From Babesia bigemina (Eukaryota): 64,000 nucleotides of DNA. The notes beneath the pieces were generated by a model. The model was given only the letters and a program-made list of their open reading frames with translations, was not told the origin of the DNA and made no database searches. The stretch lies in NCBI RefSeq assembly GCF_000981445.1, contig NC_027218.1:2294001-2358000 (forward strand), read 5' to 3'. Made by a program: the position numbers and the translations under genes. Positions 10,007 through 20,026 of the stretch are shown here, one piece after another (positions within the stretch are counted from its first letter, which is position 1; each line of letters starts with the position of its first letter).

Positions 10007-12362
10007 CTTCCCTTACGGATTCCTTAACAATAAGCCCTGCGAAGCAATGAACAAATTACCCAAAACGTCCGACACCTGTAGTAAACATACCACACGAAAT
10101 ACCCAGATCGATACATGCAGTCTGCCGTCTACCTATTGGCCAGGTGTGGGTGGTTCCAGATTCCGCAATACTGACACCGTGTAACTGCGTGAACAATGCA
10201 TGCATTGATGAGGCAGGTTCTCGAGGTCAAGATTATTGTCAAGATGTTTTACTATGTATGATACACGATATCGGTCATACCCTCACTAGTCTCAGGTTAC
10301 GCTATCCTTCCACCACCTCTGGTGGGACGACCTTGGTAGCATCTTCCATGATCCTATTCGTAAGAGAACCTGAATCATATTATTGTCCCTGCCATCTCCG
10401 TATATGTCGCCAACTTTAGGACGTATTCTCGGATATTTTAGCCAAACGTTTCGTACTGTTCAAAGCCTCTACTAAAATGGCGCGCAACATTCATACATGC
10501 CAATTCAACATCTCCTCTGAATGATGGCACGTCAAACACTCGCTGCTTTCATAGTGATTACTCGTAACAGATGGTCGCAACTATGTACAATTGGTGATAT
10601 AAATTCATAGATTGGTCCACCTGCACTCACCTGCTTCATAGTAATCCTTCGTCTCTCGCCAGCGCATCACCAGTTAACACTCGGTATAGGAAATCTTAGA
10701 TCCGTTAACATAGTTCCAACGTTATGCTTATGACACCGATAGCCATTTAGTCCGATATGCTTTCCCAACCCGAAGTAAGATGTACCCAATGAGCAAAGCA
10801 GAACAAAGGGCAACGTTCTTGCATAATTCCTCACAACGTGTGGCACCTCCTTTACTTCCATTCATACAGCTATGCATACGGTGAAATTTTCCAGTCATCC
10901 AATGGTAACTTAAGTTTAAAGCCACTTAGTCCATAACCAATCTGCTTCACCTCAAGGAGGAGCTGACCTCGGAATTTACTGATGGCATCGTTATAAACTC
11001 GCTCATGTTGCTTTTAAGCATTTATCATGACCGCAATATCGACCACAGCTATAATCAATGGTATCATGTTATCCATGACGGCGGTGGTAGTTGGTAGACT
11101 GTATACGTGAACTGTTGCTGTGGTTAGATTAATACCAAGGGATATGGCATGGACAATATAAAAACTACAGTCATTATAGTTCATATAGAAGCATTTCGGC
11201 ATACCAGTTGTCACCAACTGACGCCACCCATCAACTGGATCGAACACACCCGGACATCGGCGCCTACTTAGCGATGGGGATGCCCAGAACATGACGTAAT
11301 ATGAAATGATGTAACAAACGGCTGGGATGTGTTAACACAGTGACGTAATGATTCCTGTATACCATTCGGTGTCAGTCTGTATGGGACATTCATTATTTGT
11401 CGCCATAACAATTGCGGGTAACAAATTTAGACTGGAGATTATAGCAGGTTGATAGGTAGAATAGAGTGAAGACCAGTGGGTGACTGACGTGGTAAAATGG
11501 CTAACGGCGATGGCCTTGTAAACAAGTGGCAACAACGTTCTGCTCGCTGATATCGCATACTGATTAAGCGAATTGATCATGTGTCGATGAGAATGTCCGC
11601 CAATAATATGTAATAACATTAAAATGCTATCGTTATCGATACGTGTTGCAGTCGTCAACCCACATTGTTGATGTGGCCTGTGGTGTTAGCAAGACATACA
11701 ATTTGGTGATGTGAGAGAACCTTCGGATCACGAGTAAGCAATTGATTTAAAACGTATTGTATGTGCGCACAAATGGGAGCAATGTTGTAACCCGCAGTAC
11801 GAGGTGCTCAAGATGTAGCTGTTGGACAGTAACTGGTTGGGGCAACTTCGTGATGCAAAGAGTCAACGAGCTGATTAATATTTAAGCTCTAAGAATATAG
11901 GGGCGGTAGTAACGAATTAATGACCGAGGTTCATTATTAGTCCAAAACTGCATGCTCTCATGATTTTTTTTCCAACTAACGATTTGGGGTTGGCTAAATT
12001 ACCCACATAATTGATAACTAGAGCGCACAGTAGGACATCGCTCAGTATGACGAAGCAGCATACAGCGCGCAATTTAAATTAGAAATATAATCAAATGACG
12101 TACAGCTGGAAATAATCAACAGTTGCATGTGTTAGGAACCGTATATTATGTGGCGGATCTATGCCAACTACTGTCCCATGCATCTTAAACGCAAGAAGCG
12201 TAGAAATATTTTTACCTCTCCCCAATGCTAGATAGCAGAACAAGCAGAAGGTATAACGCTGTACACCTATGCTGCGGTGGTTATGTTATTTCCTCCCCCA
12301 ACCGCTACTATAGCCTGGGTAGCTAAAGATTTCTCCAAGGTTATTTGTCAAGTGAGGCTAAA

Positions 12363-12800
12363 ATGACTAATGGGGAGTGTGGATGTAAAGAAGCAAAGTG
12401 CGAGAATGGAGGTGCTACGTGCTGCAAGAGTATCGGTTGCACAAAAGGCTTAGTATGTAAATGTTGTCCCTGTACGTGTAATATTATATGCCCGAAACCG
12501 GGAGATTGTTACTGCTGTCCGTGGTGTTGTGAAAAATGTCCAAATTGCACATCGTGCAAGGCAAAATACGAAGAACGCAAAAACAAGGCATGTGATCACA
12601 AGGGCGCTGGGAGGTGTAAATATTTGTTCACGTGTCGATGTCATTGCTGCATACTTCGCATTGGCATTCTAATTGGCACATTGGCACTCTTAGTCTTCCT
12701 AACGACATTAGTCCACATCTATCCAGGTAACGCTCGGAAATTGAGGATTGGAGTGACGAATTTATTTAGTGAGGTGTCGAAGCCATCCATCTCATATTGA
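12363..12800 (+). CDS. Small cysteine-rich protein with a C-terminal TM helix (same family as 7344)
   Basis: First ATG at 12363 (MTNGECGC). Contains CYCCPWCCEKC and the TM segment IGILIGTLALLVFLTTLVHIY. Confidence 0.75.
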   Translation: MTNGECGCKEAKCENGGATCCKSIGCTKGLVCKCCPCTCNIICPKPGDCYCCPWCCEKCPNCTSCKAKYEERKNKACDHKGAGRCKYLFTCRCHCCILRIGILIGTLALLVFLTTLVHIYPGNARKLRIGVTNLFSEVSKPSISY

Positions 12801-13436
12801 TCTATATCAAGCAATGACTCACAGCCTCCGATAACAACCTATCGCATTTTCTTGCAAACATGGAGATTGTTTAATTAGCGTTATTAGTGATGCGTGCCCG
12901 CTGAGCGGTGTAAGTCGATGACGTCATTCGATGTTGAGAATAGACGGATTAGTCAGGCAACTGGCCTTTCACACCAACAGCCGAAAATCGCGATTCTGCC
13001 CGAGGTCTCGACTTATCTAAATGTCACGAGGGTATAATGTCATTGAGTAGGTACGTGTCTAGAAGACGTGCAAAGCCCTGTCCATGGGCTACACACTGCG
13101 TGATGCGGTGGCATTTCCGAAGTCATAGACAGTGAAAGGAGTGGTTCAGTGACATTTATGAGTGAGATTGCGGCATTTGCTGACACTGTTGCGTCGCACC
13201 GCAGCAATCCTAGACAGCCGGAAGCGCACCTATGGCGCTGCGCGGATTAAATGATGCATGGAGCGTATTCTGCGTTCCTCTATCCCAAGTAGTTGACCTC
13301 CATGTTAGTTTTACGGTGATTGCAATTAAAGCTCTCAACGCAGGTGTTGGTCGTAAAGGTGTAATGTGTGCGAGCGCCGTCTGATGTCGGAGCGCAGAGT
13401 GAATGCTGTCGCACATCTCCCTATTTGAAGGCAAAT

Positions 13437-13886
13437 ATGGAGGAAAAACGTCCTTTCTGTCAGTTCAAAATGGGAAACAATAAATACCATGAGGAGCCGA
13501 TTGGCTGTGAACCGTCTAAAAATTGCATGTGTATTGTAGACCCCGGTGAGTCCTGTGCCGACTTGTGTGAAGGGTGTGGAGAGACTACGGCTCGTAGAAG
13601 TCGATTGGGTTGTGCATGCCCATGTTGTGGACGTCGCATAGCCAAAATATGCGGCGTCATTGCTGCAGGTGCAGTCGTGTTGGCGGTTATATTCTTCATT
13701 TATTACCTCGTTACGCATCCGCTTCCGGACCTCCAGAAAGCCCGTGACTACTTCTCGGATATATTGGGTACCAGAAAGTTTCGATTCATTCCCAGGTCGG
13801 AGTTGGACGTACCCAAAATTACGCATATAACTGAGGAGATGGACATTAATCCCTACTCCTTCTTCCCGTCCAAGGACCTCATGTAG
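13437..13886 (+). CDS. Small cysteine-rich single-TM protein (more divergent family member)
   Basis: First ATG at 13437. Cys-rich N-half (CMC...CADLCEGC...CACPCC) followed by TM ICGVIAAGAVVLAVIFFIYYLV. Confidence 0.65.
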   Translation: MEEKRPFCQFKMGNNKYHEEPIGCEPSKNCMCIVDPGESCADLCEGCGETTARRSRLGCACPCCGRRIAKICGVIAAGAVVLAVIFFIYYLVTHPLPDLQKARDYFSDILGTRKFRFIPRSELDVPKITHITEEMDINPYSFFPSKDLM

Positions 13887-14216
13887 CATAATGGGCTGCG
13901 TGGAGTTGTAATATCTCAATGTCTGCCATTTCACGGGGGCAGCGCTCAGCAGCATGTCATGTTGTGTCCGCGGGATTATGGAAGCGCAATTCACAACGCT
14001 ATCCAATATATTGAGGAAATCGCATGCCTCTACGTGTATGTTTAATAACATCACGCAGTTCACAGATTAGTGCAACCTTGTCATTTCCATTGTCGATGTG
14101 GTGGCATCCAAGCATGTCATCGGCTACGTAAGACGTAGCGGTGAGCCACACAATATGTAACTGAAAGCATTGTATAATTAGCACAAACACAGGCTAACTG
14201 AAATTATAACATTAGT

Positions 14217-16856
14217 TTACAAATACATAAGTGTAACTGCAGCGATTATTGCCCATAAGCCGAATGAACAAGTGTAGAATCCTGATTCATGGTGAACTGG
14301 CGTTTGTCGTGCGTGATCCAGTGATGCAGCGATGAAATACTCCATTGGGTATGCGTGAACAAGGTGAACCTTTCCGGAGTTATGCAGGTTGGAATTGACG
14401 TTCTGTAGTTCCCTGTACTTGTTGATAGGGGCGGAGTGCGCGGTTTGGTCGCGCGTCTGGTTTAACATGCGATGTATCTGCAGCATCAACTCAGTTGACA
14501 CTGGAAGCGACTCCTTCGCCACATACCAACGCACAGTCTCCTCACATCCCGGACGGGTGAACGAACCGTCGTACGCGAAGTAGTTCAAATTTTTCGTTTC
14601 CAACATCATCAGAAGAGAGGAAAGGTTGATTGGCACGTCGAGTTCGACTACCGGAAGCTCCGACCCATTATCGGCACCAAGGTCACCTACACCTGAAGAA
14701 TTTGGATCAGCAGACACATCAACCTCGGACCCTACGCTCAGCACCTGTTCCATGAACCTTTCGGAGGGAAAAGATTTCAAGGTTTCGATACGGGTCCTCT
14801 CCATCTCCTCACTCATGAAAGTCATGGAAAGCACTGCCCAGCGACCCCAGTGAACCCCGGTCTCTCGCGCACGGCGTTTCTCCGACACGTGGCGGCGGTC
14901 ACCTTCCTTGTCGTACGCGGCCTTGTGCAGGTGATCGAGCAGGTACTTGTGCAACAGCTCGAACTGCTCGCTTTCCACCATGTCTGAGTATACCTTCGAG
15001 TGTTCCGATTTCAAGGGATGTGACTCGTGTCCGGTTCCATCGTTTTTCTTTTTTCCATCAGCTGAATCAGCAGGTTTTGCGGCATCGGCATGTTTATCAG
15101 TAAGCTTTTCACCCGTAGATTGAGCATGCATATCCGAAATGTTTTCAGCTTTGTCACTAATTGCCAGGGGAGTATTGTTTTGCTCTTGGTGAAGGTTGCC
15201 CCTGTAACTGCCGTTGCGCACTGAATGTACCACCGCATCGTGTGGCTTGGTATTTGCGAAGTTCGGGTTTATGACGTGATGTCCATCTGCCATCTCGACA
15301 TCGCTCAGAACCTCGATAAAGCTGGCACCGGCTTCGTCGTTTACGAAGTTGGCATCCTTTATGTCCTCTCCATCATCCACTTCATCGTCTTCCTCGTCAT
15401 CTATATCCTCATAGTCGTCGGGATCGCTGTCCTTGTGTTCCTCATGCTTTTCAGCTACGGCAACGGATTTTGTCGCCGATTTGACATCTTCTGAATGACC
15501 GCGGGTATTATTGGTTGCGGAAGCACTGCCTGACGGTTTGTTTTGCCCGATCTTGTTCCCGTCGATGTCAACAATCACATAAGGCGATTTTTCTTCTTTT
15601 TTCGTATCAGCACCCTCAGACTGCGATTCGTTTACGACGGGCGGCGTCGATTTGTCGCTCGCAGATGAAACCTCTGCGGTTCCATGCTCTCCCGGTTTGT
15701 CTGACGTCGAAGGCTGTACATAAGTCTCACTATGAACATCCTTGGTAACATCATCCGCAACTGGCTTGTCATTTTGGTGGCTATCGGCGAAATGATCGAC
15801 GTGTGGGGTCTTGTCGGCCTGATCATGGGAGGATGTTTTATCACCCTCATCACTCTTAGATTTACTATCATCCACCTCATTAGATTTATCATTCTTAGCG
15901 GCGGGCTCCTCCGATTTATGAGATTCTTCAGCCTTTTTAGACGACAACTTACTTTCGGCATCCATCCTTTGAGCGCCAACTTTGTTAACACGGTTAATCA
16001 TATCGGCGTCATGCGTGCTCACCAGCACGTTCATGTCGGTATGCTCGTTTAACTCCAGGCTTCTGATTCCTGAATCAGCGCCCGAGTCGTCACCGTAGTA
16101 ATGCCAGATCTGCACCTCCACCTGGCGCCTGTTGGCAGAACCTTCGAAGGTGTGCTCACTGGGCGAGTGAAACTCGATGTGGGTTGCCATGTACAAGTTA
16201 GGTCTGTCGGTAGTGAATAGTGCGCCGAACGTAGATCCTTCGTTAGCCGGAATCGACAGTCGGAATACTTTGTCGGTGCGCATCACCTGTACGGACGATA
16301 TGAGATGACGATACGAATAGACGATATCTCCGCGCTTCCAACCATCACTCAGAGTATTCACTGTAGTGTCTCCTTTAAGCACAGACTCGAACACTTGCTT
16401 GAGATTTTCTGGTCTACGGCTCACCAGACCATCCACGTGTAGATCCACTGGAGACTGCATGGAGCCGATTTTGCACATACCCGAGGTCCAGTCAGCACCA
16501 TGGCGCGCGTAATCCCATGCAGGCACAGTCTTGCTTTCGGTTTTTTGCGAGTGGGTATCTACGCGGTGTGCGTTGATGGTAGCAATATGTGGCTCTGCCA
16601 CATTCCAGGACTGGTTCTCTTCTTGCACTATGATAGGCGACTCAAAGTTGTTTGGGGAGGCTACATTCACGTTATTGACGATTCCGATAGGCGAAGAAAA
16701 CCTCTGTCGCGTTTCCAAAGCCACAGAGGACGGGACGTTAAGGGACACAGTCACCATTAACACCAAGACAGACAGCATGCGGAGAGGAAGGGGGCCCGAC
16801 GATACGCCGGAGAATCCCGATCCCGTTTTCTTGACCGCAAGCACAGAAGACGTCAT
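14217..16856 (-). CDS. Carbonic anhydrase-related protein (alpha/eta fold), probably secreted and GPI-anchored
   Basis: N-terminal hydrophobic signal. CA motifs WDY..HG..W, QSPVDL, EFHSPSEHT, EVQIWH and YFAYDGSFTRPGCEETVRWYV. Long acidic insertion and a hydrophobic C-terminus. Confidence 0.85.
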   Translation of the reverse strand: MTSSVLAVKKTGSGFSGVSSGPLPLRMLSVLVLMVTVSLNVPSSVALETRQRFSSPIGIVNNVNVASPNNFESPIIVQEENQSWNVAEPHIATINAHRVDTHSQKTESKTVPAWDYARHGADWTSGMCKIGSMQSPVDLHVDGLVSRRPENLKQVFESVLKGDTTVNTLSDGWKRGDIVYSYRHLISSVQVMRTDKVFRLSIPANEGSTFGALFTTDRPNLYMATHIEFHSPSEHTFEGSANRRQVEVQIWHYYGDDSGADSGIRSLELNEHTDMNVLVSTHDADMINRVNKVGAQRMDAESKLSSKKAEESHKSEEPAAKNDKSNEVDDSKSKSDEGDKTSSHDQADKTPHVDHFADSHQNDKPVADDVTKDVHSETYVQPSTSDKPGEHGTAEVSSASDKSTPPVVNESQSEGADTKKEEKSPYVIVDIDGNKIGQNKPSGSASATNNTRGHSEDVKSATKSVAVAEKHEEHKDSDPDDYEDIDDEEDDEVDDGEDIKDANFVNDEAGASFIEVLSDVEMADGHHVINPNFANTKPHDAVVHSVRNGSYRGNLHQEQNNTPLAISDKAENISDMHAQSTGEKLTDKHADAAKPADSADGKKKNDGTGHESHPLKSEHSKVYSDMVESEQFELLHKYLLDHLHKAAYDKEGDRRHVSEKRRARETGVHWGRWAVLSMTFMSEEMERTRIETLKSFPSERFMEQVLSVGSEVDVSADPNSSGVGDLGADNGSELPVVELDVPINLSSLLMMLETKNLNYFAYDGSFTRPGCEETVRWYVAKESLPVSTELMLQIHRMLNQTRDQTAHSAPINKYRELQNVNSNLHNSGKVHLVHAYPMEYFIAASLDHARQTPVHHESGFYTCSFGLWAIIAAVTLMYL

Positions 16857-17499
16857 ATTGTAATATGGTTAGTTATCCGTTATCTGCAAAGCAGTACTTG
16901 AACGGTAGACGGCTGCGCCTGTGACACACAGACAGCCAGTAAATCCACTGCACGATTTCCAAAATCGTAAAATCCCACCTCCTTCGGCGTTAATATTTTG
17001 TAAACCTGGCATGGACGGGCTGTGCGCATCCACAGTCTCGGCTAGACGGTTTGAACGCAGCAAGCTACGTCAGACAGAAGCCATCAGCAGGAAGTGGAAC
17101 ACATCCATACTGCATCGCCGGCGTACAACAGCGGCTAATCGGCCATACTTGGCCAGTTATAATATGAGCGTTTTGGAGTCTTAACGGGCCTATACGCCAA
17201 TCCATGCTCCGTCAGATGCCATGCGTCCAGGTGCAGCCTTCTTCCGGCCTCAAACGGTTTTATCTCGACGTCAGATGGATACATATATGGTGTTCGCGCT
17301 ATTAAAATCCGGTGTGTAAGCTGTTGCGGATTTTACGCCCTCATCTGAAGCATCCAGCACATCGACACACTGCCGTGTCTATATTTGTTTTAAAGGCATT
17401 AGACAACTACACAGACTCTTATACAACACGCATTAGAGCATGAAAGCCACAAAAATTAACGATGGTTGTTAGTGTCTCCAGAAGTTCACTATGCGTGAA

Positions 17500-19291
17500 T
17501 CACTCGAAGAGTCCACTATCACTGGCACCGGTTAAGAAGGTCTTCAGCAGCCGGTCCACTTTCTCTCTAGTGTCATTAGCACTTTCGTCCAGGTGCTCCA
17601 GATAGTCTGTAGACATTTTAGGCGCCGATATGGGTGCTTACCGGAGATATTGTTGTATATGTCCTGTATATCGACACCCTTGTTGTGTAGTAGAACCAGG
17701 AGGCACGAGCTGAGGTTCGAATTGCCCATGTTGTACAGACGCAATATGATGCAGTCCACCAACTGGCATATTGAGAGCCCGGCTTCGTAACGCTCCAGGT
17801 ACTTTTGCTTGTCCTCATTCAGCTGCAGCGCCGAGTACATAGAACGTACGCTTCCACTGCGCCCCTGAATGCTCTTGGCTGCGGCACGGCTCATCGCATT
17901 GTACTTCTCGTGGAGCTCAATTAGGCGCTCCAACTTTTCGTATTTGTGCTCGACGAACTTGTTCATCACGCGAGCGAGCTCCGTGCCGGAGCTGTGGGCG
18001 CACAGCGAGTGGACCACTCCCAACACGTGCTCGTCCTCGAGTTTCTCATCCTCCGATCCGGGTTTAGTGCGAACTCCCTTGCGCATCAACACGCTAAATA
18101 TGCACTTGAGCCCGAGCCTAAGACGGTAATGGCACAGCCGATTAGACAAGACTAACCCAGAAACGAAGAGCGCGCAGTTTTCCGGCGAATCCATCAGGGC
18201 ATAATCTAGCAGCGTTATGGCCAAACGATAGGTTGAGCGGCGCTCCTTTATAAGCCGAATCAGCAGCTTAACACCTTGCAGTTTCCCGAAGAGCAAGCGA
18301 TTGGACGGTCTGAATACAGTAAGGACGTAACATAGTGCACGCAACCCACATCAGCATCAGCCTGCAGAGGCACTGGACAGCATTTTCGACAAGTTCCTCT
18401 TCCTCTACTCCCTCGGGGTCCTTTTTGCGGAACACGGTGATGATGCGCAGCAGCTTGTCAACCCCTTCCAACTCCTGTCCGCCCACCAGCGTTAGGCACT
18501 CCTCCGAATGCTGCAGGAGGATACACAGTATCTCCCCCGCGTGTACGCGGTTCGAGTCGTACTCCAGCGTTTTGCTCGCCTTCATGCGGCGCAACAAGAA
18601 CAGAAGCAGTTCGCGGTTTTCGCTCATGCCCCCCGCTATCGACGGGAAGAGCTCCATGAGGTTCTCCAAGAGCTCCAGCGCATTCTTTACGCCTTCATAG
18701 TCCACCTCCGAGTTGTCCTCCTCGATCTTCAGCAGCGCCGCGACGCAAGGTACGTGCAGGCTCAACTCTTGCAGGGAGCGCACGAATTTCTCAGCGCGAG
18801 CGAGTCGAACTAGCACCTCTGGGTCGACTATTTCGTTCAAAACGGCAAGCGTTGCCATTGCGATATCTGCGGCATCATGGAAGGCGGGTATTGGAGGCTG
18901 ACATACCAATGTTTGGATGCGATAGTGCGTCGCGCAGGATGCGCAGGCCGCCGAGCTCCTCGAACTGCCCGAAGAGCTCAGGCTGAGCGCATATGTCATG
19001 GAATAGACGAATCTGCTCATCCAGATCGACCTCCGATTTCACCCAGCTGCGAAGTTGTGGACACAAAGACACTTCATTCCTACCGCTCTGGGTCCTCCGG
19101 GTGTTCCAGACGCACCTGCTGATTGCGCAGCAGACGTTTTTCGAGCACGGACACATGCCTTTTGAGGTTGGATGCCGTGATGGCCTCCCTCTCCTGCGAA
19201 GCGGTTAACTGGGTGCCGGGCTTAGAGTCACGGAAGGCGGTTCATGGCGCACTAAAGGAGGGTCACGTACCTCATCAGCCGTGGAATCCAT
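17500..19291 (-). CDS. CTNNBL1: Beta-catenin-like protein 1 (Prp19 complex), multi-exon
   Basis: Spliced model by eye begins MDSTADE|EREAITASNLKRHVSVLEKRLLRNQQVRLEHPEDPE|RWVKSEVDLDEQI. Also has LSHPNI, YDSNRVHAGEILCILLQ, KDP..EEEELVEN and KFVEHKYEKLERLIELH. Several short GT-AG introns; stop at 17500. Confidence 0.85.
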
Positions 19292-20026
19292 ACTCAAACG
19301 TCAGCTTAGACTACGCGATACGGGAGGTCGAAACGCGATGCGCTTTGCGACCCATCCGGCGGTGACGCTTGCGCGCGCCATGCGTGGGCGGAGACCCGTA
19401 CACATGGACCTCAAAATACGACTACTCTTATAATTGCCATGCGAATCACCCATACATATGTGAGATATCAATTTACCATAGGTATAAGTACAGGATCGCA
19501 TATATTGGCGTGGAAGATTGAGGGCTGTGTAACGCATCAGACGTGACGCTGTACATTAAAAACGTGTTGTCTAACATCGCCAAGGTTTTATTTGGTATCA
19601 AAAGCGACCTTTATGATCGCTATTAATGTGTATAGTGTTTTGAGCGTTGAGCGCCGTCGTTATGTGATGTGTAAACACCCCTCAGGACACATTTGATCCA
19701 GGTCTTCCAGTCTCATTTGTGCGCCGGCACGGGTGGAAGCACACGGTACTAACGCGAGTCTGCGATCGTCTGTTATTTAGGCGACACGAGTGCAAGTGTC
19801 GCAGCACTGGCGTCTAATCATTATCTGCATCGGAACTCCACAGGTGTGCCCTCAGCATTGCACAAAATGAAAGTGTGATTGATCTCCAAGCGTAGAAAGT
19901 GCAGAGGAACCGTTATGAGACCATATTAAGGGGGTGTAAGCGAAATACGGTAAAAACGCTCACCTGTGATAACGCACTACGACATCAAGTTGGTGAAGCA
20001 GACTAGACCTCTTGTCGTATGGAGAG

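Noticed and set aside
10667..11658. Further short ORFs with hydrophobic stretches in the 10.6-11.7 kb region
   Set aside because: No family motif and weak start contexts, so they cannot be distinguished from random ORFs.
13335..14063. 242-aa minus-strand ORF
   Set aside because: Antisense to the better-supported Cys-rich TM ORF and has no recognisable features.
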